Shown: positions 1-13,100 of the stretch, in pieces
How the letters are laid out: each line of letters starts with the position of its first letter
How positions within the stretch are numbered: the stretch's first letter is position 1
Assembly (NCBI GenBank): GCA_000708835.1
Contig: DF237252.1
Span: 1-64,000 of the forward strand
Source: Klebsormidium nitens
Lineage: Eukaryota > Plantae > Klebsormidiophyceae
Direction: 5' to 3'
DNA length: 64,000 nucleotides
Made by a program: the position numbers and the translations under genes
Notes under the pieces: model-generated
What the model was told of the DNA's origin: nothing
Database searches by the model: none
The model's input: the letters and a program-made list of their open reading frames with translations, nothing else

Positions 1-193
1 CTTCTAACAGTCCTGCAAGACTAATCAAAAGAACAAGAGACGTCGAGAATGCTATCAGCGTTGTATTATTGATGGCCGGCTGCCCTTTCATCAAAAACCC
101 TTGCTCGTTTCAGAGAGCCCATCGAGGACAAGGGCCTGGCGGCCTACAGCTCCGCGGAGTTCGCCGTTTTCCTCGCCGGTGCTGACCCGACAG

Positions 194-3100
194 AAGTGGA
201 CTTGCAAGACGACCGCATTCTGCTCGACGGCGAGAGAGCAAACCAGGACCTCCTGGTGGGCCGCCTCAAGGAGTTCTACGAGGCGCAGGCGGGCGCCCGC
301 ACCGGAGCCAGCCACGTGGCGTGGTGGGCTGGCTTCTCCGCGCTCCTTGAAGCTGTTGTCTCGCGCCGGGTGACCCGCGTGCTCAAGTGGGTGGACGCCA
401 AACTGACGGAATTCCGAGACGAGGACGGGACGCTGAACGAGGCGGCCGCTCGCTTTCGAGCGGAAGCGGAAGCGAAGGCGCGGGAGCTTCAGGCAAGGTG
501 TCCGGACGAAGTAAAAACTTTTGACTTGCTCTTGTCTTGTGACTTTTCTCTGTCCCAGACGCAGAGCATCAGACTCGAAGCTCCATCATTTCCACAACTT
601 GAGATCCACAACATGAAAAACCACCTAAATCGGCTGAATCATTTGGTTCTGTGTTCCTTTTGAGCGGATAAGCGGATGCGTAGTCTATGTAAAATCAGTC
701 TTCTATTTGGTTTTCCATTGCCGCTTACCACGTCCGTTGTGAAGCTTGTAAAGCCCTCCGGAATATTGGGAGCTTATTTTACGCTGTAATCTTGAAAGCG
801 GTGCTTTTGCTTTCATCCCAGGCGACTTGAGAATTCTTGCGCTGTTGCTTCTTGGGATCTTTGACGGTTCGTCTTTCTGTGTGCAACTTCCGCCGTCTCT
901 CAATCTTCTCATTTCACGGCTTCTGAGCTTTTTGCAATCCTTCCCCGCTCATGCACTCACATAAGGTACTTTCGATGGCCATCAGGGTCGTGACTTGCTG
1001 CCTTTAGAAACACCCAGCCTTTACATTCAAAGAAACACCTCCAACCTAAGGGCGGAATCGTTTCTACTGCAGGCGGAGTGGCGGCTCTGCAAGGCCCGGT
1101 GCGACCACTGCTTCCTGGGCTGCCTATCCATCAAGAATCAAGAGGTCCAGGTGCACTCATGCATGGGAAGCCACAAGTGCGACAGCGCAGGCGCTTACTG
1201 CGTCGATGACGGCGCCGCTGAGCAGAACGCGTGCGGCGAGAGGAACGGGCACGCCGGCGTTCACGACTGCCGGGTCAAGGACCACACGTGCGGGGCCGCC
1301 TGCCACTTGGCACACTGCCTCAACTGCAACAAGGTACGACTCTAAAGAAGAAAAGCTTGGTCATGTTGACGCTTGGAACGCTTGCTTTTGACTTTCCTCT
1401 TTTGACTTGCTACTGCATCCAGGCCAGAAATTGGTGAGCGAGCATCGTTCGTCTGATGTGTTATCTTAGGTCCTTTTTTAATTGCTCAGATCATTGAGAC
1501 GCTTCTTTCAAAAAGTACAATTTTTGAACGAAAGTGACGCTTCTTGTCCAGATCTGTCTGTTGTAACTTGTGCATGACTGAATATGCTTCGTTGCAGTTG
1601 CTGGCTTTGGAATGTCGTGAAGACGGCTTCTCGGGCAAGGAAAACCAGGCTCTTTTAAACTTTCTTAATCTGCTAGCATTCCTTTATTTGCAACCAGGTC
1701 TGCGCGCGCAAGTCGGGCCACGCGCGCGACGCGCCGCACCTCTGCAACGCGCCCGCGCACATGTGCGGCGCGCCGTGCACCGCGCCGCGCTGCCAGGGCC
1801 GCTGCAACATCAGCATCGGGAAGCAGCACACCGTGCACAAGTGCCCCGAGGTCGCGTGCACGCACCAGTGCGTCCTGCCCAACTGCGCGCAGAGCTGCGC
1901 CGCGCGGGATCACTTCCACGGCAGCGCGCTGTCGCGCACTTTCCTGGAGGAGAACGCGATCGCGCCCGACGCCGCCGAGGAGGCGCGCTTCCAAGGGGCA
2001 CACTTTTGCGGCCAGCCCCACGCGTGCAGCGAAAAGTGTGAGATGGACGGGATCTGTAAAGTTTCCATCCAGGAGGTGAAGGAGGAGACCGAGATTTTCC
2101 AGGGCAAGCTGTCGACTTTCGAGTACCGCGCCGTCTCGGAGGCGAACGGCGAGAGGCGCGACTGCTGCGAGCGGATCCCGCCGTTCCAGACTGAACATTC
2201 CGGCGTGCACCGGCACACCACAGACCCGCGGGTCGTGCAATACTGCGACAAACGCTGCCCCACGTGCTGGTAAGTCGAGCGGCTGTGCAGAGCTTATATA
2301 TGCGAGCTTCTTGCTTTTCTAGATGCGTCTGGTCTTTAACCCTTATCAAGGTCAAAAGTGGCTGGAATGTCGAAGTTTTACAACGCTCTCTTACCCTGCC
2401 TGCTTTGTTTCAATACTTGTTCTAATCAATCATAGCCAAAATTTGAGAACGCGTTTCTCTGAAGATCAGCACGTCTTCCCCCTTTCATACCGCCGCAGGA
2501 CCTATCATTCCGTCCTGATTGGTTCAAACTCCCGAACCTGACGAACTCTGCAGATACTTTCAACCAATAATCGATTGAGGCCCTTTCGAACTCGCAAGGT
2601 ACTTTTGCGAGCTCGAGTACGGCCACAATGGGCTGCACAAGGGCGCGCACGGCATGATGCGCCGCAGCTTCTTCGTCGCGGACGCCGAGGAGATCGACCT
2701 GGGCGGCGGCCGCGTGTACGCGCCCGGGGAGTCGGGGCGCGCGGAGATGTGCGACATGTTCTGCCGCTCCACGGGCCGCGGCCACATCCACATCATGGAC
2801 TGCGACTCGGCGGATCCCCTCAGGTGAATTCCTTGGACAGTTTAAAGCTGTGTGTCCTTTCACTTCCAACCGCCCGCTTCCGGATTGGGGAAGTTTCTTC
2901 TGTTGCTTCCGCGGCGACCTGCACGTCAATCGAAGCTGCTTTGCAGCAGTGACAGGTTGCGGCTGACTCCAAAACAGGCCATCGCATATCAGGGAAGCGT
3001 GTTGCAATGAGAACGGTATGTGGCCTCTTTGCCAGTAGCTCTCCAAGCACCTCATTATCCCGCCCGTTCGACTTTTATTTAGCCTCATGTGGCCGCAACC

Positions 3101-4131
3101 ATGGCGTAAACCATAGAACGTTTTGCAGATGCACGCACGCCGCTGAGGACGGACGGCGTCACCAGACACGTGTCTACCTGCCGAACGGGCACGTGCCCAA
3201 GGACGAGCTGACGCACGCGGCCTACTGGGACACGGTCGGCTGGGAGGACAGCTGCTCGGCGGCCGACCGCGCAGAGTTCGCGCGGTGCGGCTACGCGTGC
3301 GGCCACCCCGCGCACTGCGCGCCCGGGGCCGCGAAGTCGCAGTGCGTCATGCCGCTGTGGCACCGCCCCGTTACGGAAACGGCCAGCACGAGAAACGCTC
3401 TGGCGATCCAAGGAGATCCTGGGGTCGTCTCCTCAGACGGACACGTGTACAACTGCAGCCCCGCCCACCCCCTTGCGTCCGGCGACAATTACCACGTGGT
3501 TCTCGTGCTGGACTCGTCGTACTCCATGAACGGGGCGCCCTGGGCGCAGCTGAAGGCCGCCGTTTCTGCGTTCGTGCAAACGCGGCTCGCGAAGAGCTCG
3601 GCGGACGTCCTGTCAATCGCGCTCTTTGACGCGAGCGCCCGCATCGTCTGTGAGGCGCAGCCCTTCTCGGCGCAGCCCCAAACTGCCCTCCCGGCTCAAG
3701 CCACCGGCGCGGACACCCGCTTCAGCCCCGCTCTGTCGACGACTTTCGAGGTCCTCCAGAGAGTGCGCGCGCGGGGGTCTGCGGTGTCCGCATTCCGCTT
3801 CGGGGTGTCCGCATTCCGCTCCGGACAAGTGGTGTACACGCCCCTGGTCCTCTTCATGTCCGACGGGTGCGGCTCCGGCGGCTCCGCGGAGATGGATGCG
3901 ATCTACAGGGCCTTTAGTGGCGACAAGCTGGAGGTGCACACCGTGGCATTTGGAAATGCGAACAAGGATCAGCTGAGGAGCTTGGCAAACAGGGCGCAAA
4001 GGCACTTCCACGAGTCGGTGGACGGCGTGGCACTGAAGGATACCTTCGTGCGGATCTCGTCGCAGATGAAGGTCCATGTCAGCCTGGTGGCCCAGCCGAC
4101 AGGGGTGAGCGATGTGAAGCTCAATCTTTGA
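194..4131 (+). CDS. 3' part of a multi-exon Cys/His-rich protein with a C-terminal von Willebrand factor A domain (5' end lies upstream of the window)
   Basis: Exons ~194-490/510, 1073-1333, 1698-2269, 2599-2823 and 3129-4131 join in frame (the first donor is ambiguous). There are many C/H-rich repeats (CKARCDHCFLGC, CGQPHACSEKC, CPTCWYFCELEYGH). The last exon has a vWA fold with intact MIDAS residues (VLDSSYSM...GADTRF...FMSDG) and ends at TGA 4129-4131. Confidence 0.85.
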
Positions 4132-4396
4132 GCTTCGAGCTTTGGTTGAAAGCACTTGAAGGCGATCTCTGAAGCACAATCAGTCTGGGCAGCAGATTTA
4201 TATATGAAGATCTCGACGCGTAAGCTGAGGAACGGAACAAAGACGACTCATCAAGCTTGCTCGTCTTTTCCCGATTTGTTGGACCGCAGAACTGTACTTC
4301 AGAATCGGTATCATTGCGTTTGGAATCTGAAGAGCTACTATTGTCAAGCTGCTAATTAATGTCGTCTGACTATGCAGGCGAGAGCAGCCCAGGCGA

Positions 4397-5797
4397 ATGG
4401 ACCCGCAGCAAACGCGAGAGAGGTGATACATTTGTGCCAGACTTAGGGATCAAAGTAGAAATTCTTGATTGTGTGCCTGGCTGCGATTTCTCCTGAACAT
4501 CCTTCAATGTCGTCAGAAGCCGATAATGTTGGAGATTGGAGCTCGTCTCGTTTCGAAACTGACGATATCGGTTGCGGATCTGCTTAACCGTCATTAGCGC
4601 TTTGCCTGCAGTGATGTCGCCCGTTCAAAAGCGAGTAGCTGGCAAACTCTAGCCTCTGCGGAGTCGGGTCTGCTCTTGTGTAGTCCCCAGTCAAGGGTAC
4701 TCGATCATCTGATGTAGAAACTATTACAGGCAACCTGGTGGCCACCATTCAGCGGATGTCAGCCCAGAAATAATTTCTGACAATCCGGTGAAAGACCAGC
4801 CGCTACGGCTGCCTGGACTCAAATCAGAGATTTTCCTCTCGTCTTAACTCAGATTGAGAGGGTCAACAGCTTCCGGCAGCAGCAAGAGAAGGCGGCTGAA
4901 GATGATGCTGAGCGCGAGAGACTAGGGGAGGCGGCGAGGGCGGAGATTGCCCCAGTCAAAGAGGCTGCCGACGGATCTCTTCTGGACCTGCTCCGCCGTT
5001 TGGGGATCCCTGTATGCAACCCAAATTCTGGCCCTTCTTTCTTTTTCGGAGGTTATGTCTCAGTCAACAGTATAAGGGGATCGTTCAAGTGTTCAAAGGA
5101 CGCTCGTAGCTTCCAGCAAGTGCAGCTGTTTGAGCGCAAGGGTTAGATATTTGGCAGGCCGTCAAATGATGGGAAGGTGCCACGCTGTGCATTTGCCGTG
5201 CTGCCACATGGCCTCAGACTTATCTCAGCCGCAGTCGCCATCTAAACTTGCTATCAAGCTCGGTTTGTTTGATCAGTGCATGTGTCGGCTGGTTGAGAAA
5301 CTTCAATGGATAACGGAAGTGACGCGTATCTTGGCGAAGCGCAAAATTTGAGTTTGAAGTTGTCTCTGCTGATCCTACAAGGATCAGGAGAAGCATGCTG
5401 CTTTCCCATTGGAACAACTCTCATTCTATCTCTCGTGTAGATTGAAGAAACCTTTTCTCCTTGCCACCCTGGCCCCCGGAATACATCGACTTTATCATTG
5501 TCGTAGGTATGATCCAAACGTTATAATCCAGCCAGAATCAGCCACAACGGTTCGGTTCTCTACGATATCTTTGTGTCCAATCCAGTGCTGACCGCCCGTT
5601 GCCGCACGCCGCCCGGCTTGCAGGTGGGTGGGGGCGAGAGACCGTCCCGAAGTGACCTGAAGAAGGCCAAAGCGGCGGCCAACAGGATGTTCCATCCCAA
5701 CACCGCTGGCAACGCTCAGAAGAGTCTCTGGGACCGAGTGTACGGGGAAGAAGTCATCAAGGAGCTCCAGAACCACCCAGACTGGAACGCGTTGTGA
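4397..5797 (+). CDS. Small protein with a C-terminal J-like (DnaJ-like) domain, HPN in place of HPD
   Basis: Exons 4853-5011 (IERVNSFRQQQ...SLLDLLRRLGIP|gtatgc) and 5624-5797 (VGGGERPSRSDLKKAKAAANRMFHPN...L*) join in phase 0. LLRRLGIPVGGG...FHP resembles the C-terminus of plant DnaJ-domain superfamily proteins (recalled, not searched). The 5' exons (from ATG 4397, and 4729-4787) are phase-compatible but tentative. Confidence 0.55.
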
Positions 5798-7077
5798 TGC
5801 GCTCTTGCGAGCCAGCGGTTTGTGTGCACGTTGGGCTAAGGTTGGTTCTCAAGAGTTTGGAAGAATCTACGGGTAAGCTGGAGGCTGGGCATACTTTCGG
5901 GTCGCGGGCACGTGATGAGGGCGGGCCTTGCCTGAATGCGCCGGAGGCGCGCGGTTTGTATATATGTGTTGCCAGCGTACGTATGGGAGGTGCACACAAC
6001 AAGTCCCTGTTAGTATACAGCTTGATTTCGACCAGAGACAAATGAGAGGTTTGACCTGGAGCGTCAGTTCCTCTCTCGTAGATATAAACGCTCTAGAGTC
6101 CAATCCGCTTTACGTTAGAACCGCATACTTGATCGGAGCTAGCATATACCCCGCTTCAATCCAGAGGTCGTAGAACACCACTTTGTATCAGTCAGCCCAC
6201 TATATCTGAGTAGCATCGGTGTGAAGTCGAAGAAGACGGGAGGATGCAGACCTTGGCTGCCGCCTACTATACTAACCGTCCCATTAGGGTGCTTCGATTG
6301 TTTCCCCCAGGCTTCGTGGATATATTTAATGATTGCTAAATTGTCACCTAGCTCCGGCTTATCCGACGACACTCGAATCTTGCCACCATCCAACTGTATG
6401 TTTCTGCGCCATGCATTGCGGAAATGCTTTAAAAGATGTGCAGGCAGGCGGCCCGGCCGCCGTCTCGAGTCAATATAGGACATTGACACTTCGGTACTGG
6501 TCATGAAATGTTATCGAACGGACCCGCGTGGCGCATATCCGGGCCGCGCTATGATGCATGGCAGGACCTGGAATCATGCTTGGCTTATATGCATTTGTAA
6601 TTGCAGAGGAATTGCAATACCTCTGGCCATGGCCGGGCCACTATATAGTAGCACTCATATAGCTGCAGCTGTTCAATCAAATGGAGCTATTGCCGTACTT
6701 GAGAACCAGTCTTTCAATAGAGATTCCATGGCTTTACAGAAGCGCGAAGAATCAAGATCGCCCGCGCGCCGCAGACCGACGTCATGTGCGCACGCAAGTC
6801 AGCACCGTTATTGTTGTACGACTTTGGTTAAGATGTAGGGCCTGAACCAGTTGTCGGGCCGGCCAGGGTGGAATCGGGCAATGCCTTCGCAATCAAATGC
6901 GGAGTTTCGAAACAAATATCAATCAATATTCGTAATAAGATTGTCCATTGTGCACTTACGAATCGCACCATCGCACCCGGAGGTCACTGCTTGTGAGTGA
7001 CTAACCGTGCTATGAATGTATCAACTCTCGGGCTCAAAGCTATGTACATTTACTTGCACGAACCTTCAACGACACGT

Positions 7078-9285
7078 TCATCGCATTCGGAATGCTGCTA
7101 CCAGTCCCACAGCCACGCCGAGCGCTAGTTTCGGAATAATCCTCCCTAGGCCCTTGTACACATCACCTACGATTGGGATCCGTTTTACTATGCCGGCCGA
7201 CATGAAGACGAGCACGGTTCCAGCCGGTATGAAGATTGCTAGCCGGTGCGATGACCGGGAAATTGCGAAATGAACGAAAAACGAGCGGGCAAAGTGCCGG
7301 AACGCCTCCAGGCTGAGGGTGTCCCGGCCGATGAAGAAGATGCCCTTTTCGATGACTTCGTCCACGTCTTGCTGGGTCGGCGGCCTGCGAAGAGGAGGCA
7401 TCGAGCGAGATGTTTCAGATATCGAACGTGTTTCCCACCTGGATTGACACAGGATTTTCTGGAGCGTAATTCTTGTGTTGTGAACCTATTCACGTCACCT
7501 TGGCTCAAAAGCCAATACAGAGTAGAGCCGTTCAGCTCATTCTACTTCGGTTTCAACTCAAACAACAACTAGACTGAGCACTGGCGTCGAACTGACGACT
7601 TTGCCTCGAAGTGGACGGTCAGAATGTCCATCCGGTGACTTAATCTCTTTGCGGAAACACTTGCCCGCCACCAACAGGTTTTACCGACTTGATGAACGAG
7701 ATGCCTGGGAGTTTCTGGTGGGAGCTTGATTGAGAACAGGATGAAATAGGGATAGTCTCGCAGGGCTTCTGGATGTCGGCATGGCCTAATCTTTTGAACT
7801 GATCTTGGAATTTGATCTCTACTTCTAATAAGGGCGACAAATTCGTCCACTGCCGCGAGCCACATCCCTGGCCTTGAATCAGAAGCGGCGCAAAGGAAAC
7901 GGTCGGACGAAGTCCAGTGCACTGTATCTTATGGATGAATTTGTTGGAAAGCTTGAACTCAAGACCTGCCCATCAGTTTACTAGAACGGCCTTGTCTCTC
8001 TTTGCCCGGGGGAGGCATCCCACTAAAAACCACCCACCCATTAAACCACCCGTTGGACCACCGATTAATCCACCCGGTGAACCACCCACTGAATCTTCCA
8101 TTGGGTGGTTGAGAACCGGACATAAGACACAGAACCCTTCCTCTCCAACCCCCAAACAGGACGTACAGGACTTCGAAAAGTTACACAAGCTACACAAACC
8201 ACAAAGTGAATGTAATCATTATTGCGCCGTCAAAGCTCTCAGCAGTTTCGCAGCCATTGGCGGTCACCTTTTGAACCCGACTCGGTGAGACTTGAGTCTC
8301 GGAGAAGAAGCCGGTTTGTTTATCACTTGGCACCAGAAGTCCTGACCTAAATGGGGCAGTGACAATCAGCAATCGGATCAATGTTCTGCAGATCTAAGCT
8401 TGTTTCAGATGAGCAGGGGCTCGCTTCACACGGGGTATATGCTGCATACCTCCGCATCCACAGCTCTGCGAATGGCAGCTCCATCGTTCCCATCCGGACG
8501 TAGATCCGCTGGATAGCTTCATAAAGCTGCCAGCCAGAGGGATCCAATCAGTCCGGTTTTACATCTGCCACCTACATGAGAAGGACTCTGCCGCTCTCCT
8601 CGTTGGCTATCAAAACGGAACTGGACTCAAGTTCGACGAATGTTGGAACAAGAAACACCTGAAGAGTGAATGCAAGTCAAAAGGAAGGTGCAGCTTGCAA
8701 CGCCTCGAAAAGATGGATAAGAGGGCACAGGCATAAGCTGTCCAAACGTGACTTGAACAATCAGTAAGTGACTCTAGAGGTCCCTGCCAGTAAGCGGGTG
8801 AGCCGTACTGATCTTACTCTCGAATGCGGTTTGAGGCGCCAGCGGACTGATTATTGACTGGCTGGGGCATGCTTTGGAAGGAAGGGGTGTTGTAAAGTGT
8901 GAAGCATTGTAAACCACGGGCACTTCTAAGCAGTCACATCACACCAGCAGCCTTATCTTGGGGGGCAAACAGTTTGGGGCTGAACCTGTGCCCGCTCAAA
9001 TTGAGTTCCTGAACTTCACAAGTTCTAAGAACGCCAAGATTCCACAGGGTCCACTTATCCACTCTGGTTAGAGCTCCTCACCTGCCACTTGTGCAGCCCG
9101 TGCGCCAGCCCCCCCCCTTCCGCAAACGACCACTCAACCACCTCTTGGAAGCCCTCTGAGCTGTCAAGGACGTGCTCCGCCTCAGCCTTCACCCGCTGCG
9201 AAAGTGTCTGGCCCATCGGATGGTTCTGAAACAAATCTGACAACCTGCGCTTCACCCCTTCCAGAGACTGCTCAAGGTTGTCCAT
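7078..9285 (-). CDS. ~195 aa plant EF-hand-derived membrane-associated protein (LYxA...PP...hydrophobic C-terminus family)
   Basis: Three minus-strand exons, 9285-9082, 8526-8450 and 7384-7078, have canonical GT/AG and matching phases (0, 2). They give ...LHKWQ|LYEAIQRIYVRM...WMR|RPPTQQDVDEVIEKG...FRHFARSFF...IPIVGDVYK...LVAAFRMR*. The C-terminus is hydrophobic. Confidence 0.65.
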
Positions 9286-10125
9286 TCACAACCTTGGACT
9301 GGACGGTGCCTGTTCAAATTGGCAATGAACTCTCCAATAACAAATGCCTCTGTGCTTTACGGTTTGATTGCGCATTGATCCAATTGTCCGAGGGGCTTGC
9401 CTGAAGAGGTCTGGAAGCTCAGTTGAAGCGGTTCAGAAGCTGGATTGTAGCCTCTACAAACCAGCACGGGCAATGCAAGAGGCGGACAATTGTGGCTAAC
9501 GTCAGAAGCGGAACTGGTGCTCATCGGTGGCATTGCTCATGGCGCACCCTGCGTTGCAGTCTACAGCAGCCGCATCTACAAGCTCTAACTCGGAATATGT
9601 GAGCTGTGCAATCAAACAAAATTCACCATCCTACATAAAACTGGAACTTTCTACCCAGAAACAGAGCTTTCAGCTGCCAGCTCCTTGCTTCAGCCTTGCT
9701 TCAAGTTCAACGTTTCCTTTACTGTGCCACTGCCAGAGCTTGGAGTGACCCGCGTGACCTTCCTCTTCAGACTTCAACAAGTGCTTCCAAAATACAGAAA
9801 GTCTACTAATATGATAATATTGCCTTCTGGCACCTTTTAGGTAGGCTTATGATATTTCGCCATCGAAGAAAGCTACATGCGAATTTCGCCTTGCTTGAAT
9901 TCGACTCGCTTCATAAGTGCCTGCACGGCTATAGCCCGCTATAGCCCTTGTCCATGCTATTTGTTAGGCCATTTCAAGCTTTCGGACTAGGATAGCATAG
10001 CGGCCAGCCATTCAAGAAACAAGCTCTGAAGAGTTGTACTACATAGTAGTTTGTACATGGAATCTGATCCTCGTTGCTAGAAAACTCGAAGGTGAACCCA
10101 TTGGCGCTCCGCCCCCTCTCTCAAG

Positions 10126-13100
10126 ATGGCAGAAGGGGGGGGAAAGCAGAAGCATGGCAAGGGCCGGGGCCCCGCCCCTGTGATTGCAGACCCTCGCTTT
10201 GCCAAACTGCACAGCGACCCCCGCTTTCAGAGGATCCCGCGTGGCCAGCAGAAGGTGGCCATCGATCCCCGTTTTGAGGCAATGTTCAAGGACCCTGCCT
10301 TTCAGACCAAGTTTGTGGTCGACAAGCGGGGTAGGAAGAAGAAGGGCCAGGATGCGGATAATCTGGAGAAGTATTATCGGTTGGAGAAGGGAGAGACGAA
10401 AGGTCGGAAGAAGGGTGAGGAGGAGGAAAGCAAAGATGAGGAGGTGGTTGTAGCAGAGGGCGATGAGGCTCTTCCTAACCAGGAGAACTTGGTCAAGAAG
10501 GGGTTTAGAACTGATCAGCGACGGCCCAAAAAGGGCGCCACGGAAAGTAAGGTGGAGAATGCTGTGCCACAGAAGCGGAGCGGCAGAAAGTTGCGCGAGG
10601 AGAGCGATGAGGATGAGAAAGACGGGGGGAGTGAATTTGAAAACGATAGCGATTCTGAGAGTGGTACGGATTCAGAAGCGGGACCCGGCGACCGGGATGT
10701 ACTGAGGGAAGGTTTTGGGAGCGACGAGAGTTCGTCGTCAGAGGATGATGAGGAGAGCGAGCTGGAAGATGAGGCTGAAGACAAGGTCCGTCCAGCATTT
10801 TTTTGTTTCTAGATCCTATGCTTAACTTTTTTGTAAGTTTGATCTATTCAACATGATGAAGGGGAAATTAAGTTCTGAAAGTGATGCGCCCCCGTCGTCA
10901 GCGCACCACCACCAGGAACCAAAGCATCGACCATTACCAGACTGCTTTCACTCTGTGGAATTGTGGATTGGATTTGTAAAATCCTGTGGGAGTTGTGGAT
11001 GTTTCCTTGAAGGACCAATTGAGTGACAGGGCTTGGGAGCAAGAAATGATACGCTGTAGGGCAGATTTTGGAGGCTCGCTGATCTTGAATGGGAGAATGG
11101 GCCTAAAATGTGAAGAAATTTTCTAAAGCGCTTTATGGCTCATCGGAGAAGCATAAATACAGTTGAAGCCTCTTTTCTTCGACAACCTTCCTGTGCTAGA
11201 CACAAAGCAGGGGCATCTGGATGCAGCGACCACCCTTGTGAGTAGAAGGGAAGAAATGAGTACGAACGCCAGATACAAATGCAAAGTGTTTTTTGAGGCT
11301 TCTCTAAGCTCCTTTCACTCTCTACTTGTTTAATATATTCACCATGTGGATAATAATTGTTTAGGAAGGCACAGGGGAGGACCTCCAGCTGGCGGGCACA
11401 TTGTCTGTTGTGTTCCGAAGCGTCGACTGAGAGACTTTGCAGTGCTCCGTGCACCTGCGACGTCTCAGTTTGCGCTGAATGGATCTCGGACGTCCATCGG
11501 GACTGCTTGAATGCAGCCTCAATCTTCCGGAATTGACTGGGAGCTCCAGAAGGAAGACGCTCGCAGAATTGACATGTCTCAGGTTGCAAAGTTGGCCCTT
11601 GCTGAGGGATTTGCCGCACTTATTCCATTTTTTGCAGTGGGAGGAACCTGAGAAAGTGCCTACGAGCGCCGAGGAGACCCGGAGGCTCGCGATTGTCAAT
11701 CTGGACTGGGAGTACATCAGGGTAAGTCGCCCCTCACGCGGCCGAATTGTGGTGGTTTGCAGACGTCATTGATGGCCAAACTTGCTGAGTCTGGAAGGTT
11801 TAGCCATGTGCAGCCCAGTTGCACCGAGACATGATTCCGCAGAAGGTTTTGGCCAAACAGGGCAAAACCTCGAAAAACAAAAATATTTTGCCTGGAAAAG
11901 TGACACCAAAGATTTTGCAGTCGCAGTGAACCCTTCTGCTACGTTCTCGGAAGACGTCTTACTGGCAGTCGACGTTTACTGTCTCAAGAGCCATTCCCTT
12001 AGGGTCTACGATCAGTAATGCTTACGTAAGGCACTAAAGAGAATGTTCGATAATTCGTCGCTTGAACACTTAATGACCAGATGTACGACTTTTGCAGGCA
12101 GTCGACATTCTAGTGATGCTCAAGTCATTCCTCCCCGAGAGTGGTTCTATCGAGTCGGTCACGGTCTACCCCTCCGATTTCGGGCTTGAGCGGATGAAAG
12201 AGGAGGAAGTCAAGGGGCCACAGCCGTTGTGGGGTGGGGACGCATCGGAGGAGGACGATGATGAGAGCGATGAGGACGGCGCGGGGGTGAACATGGAAAA
12301 GTTGCGGGAGTACGAGAAGTCGAAGCTGAAGTGAGTGGAGAGTTTATCTTCTCTTTTTGTGATCAAGGGTCGTAAGCTGCAGTACCCAGAAAGACGTGTC
12401 ATCGAGTCATAGAGTGACTATGACTTAAGCTGTTATCAAAGTTCGACGGCTAGTGCAGTTGTTCGTTTCAAGATTCTCTTTCGTGGCGAAGATGGATTGA
12501 TCGTAAAGGCGCTATTGCGAGGGAGTTGCATGGTTGGGAAGGTCGAAAAAGCTGAAGACGGGAAAGGAAGTCTTAAATTTGATGTAGTGGGCATGGCTTC
12601 CGGAGTCGAAGCTGGTGTGATGAGGAGAAGGCAGCTGTAGCAGGAGTTGGAGCAGGAAAGCTGCTTTTCAGAGGAAAAGGCTGCCTGGGTTAGAACTGGG
12701 CGATCAGATCCCTCTGAGTGCCCTGTAGATCTGTCCTCCTTTCAAAGGGTTGCAACATACGGAGAAGGGCAGCAGACCAACGGTGAGAAAGGAGAACGCT
12801 GCGTCCGAGGGAAGTGTGGGAGAAAGAGTCCTGTCAATGTCAAGGATGCGAACATTGCTGTGAAGTTCGTTCGTTTTGGATGTCCTGTTCAAAATGGTGG
12901 TAACACTGTTCCCTTCTGGTCCACACCATTCCGCCCAAGATATTTTCCTCTACCAGAGTTTCGCCCCAAGAACTGATACGCTGTCAGTTTGCGCGACTGG
13001 CTGGCCCCATTGGGCGTGCCCCGGTCTCAAGCTAACCCGGTTTGAGCGAGGGTGGTCAATCTTTCCGTTCCCTCGCCCTCTCTACTGGCATGGGACATTT

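Noticed and set aside
490-512. Possible GC-AG intron (cag|gcaagg) in the vWA gene
   Set aside because: A phase-equivalent GT donor (gaa|gtaaaa at 511) exists, and the two cannot be distinguished without transcripts.
6481-6494. cattgacacttc.g, resembling the MITE TIR
   Set aside because: Only a 12-nt match, with no partner TIR, core or TSD found.
6139-6504. 121-aa minus-strand ORF between convergent genes
   Set aside because: No recognisable motif, splice partner or codon-bias support. It cannot be called from the sequence alone.
7569-8288. ORFs and a short Pro/Gly-like microrepeat (accaccc units near 8030-8095) inside intron 2 of the EF-hand-like gene
   Set aside because: A low-complexity intronic repeat with no gene structure.
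9286-10125. Two head-to-head intergenic gaps of near-identical size (840 bp here; 842 bp at 57973-58814)
   Set aside because: No sequence similarity was seen between them, so this is probably coincidence.
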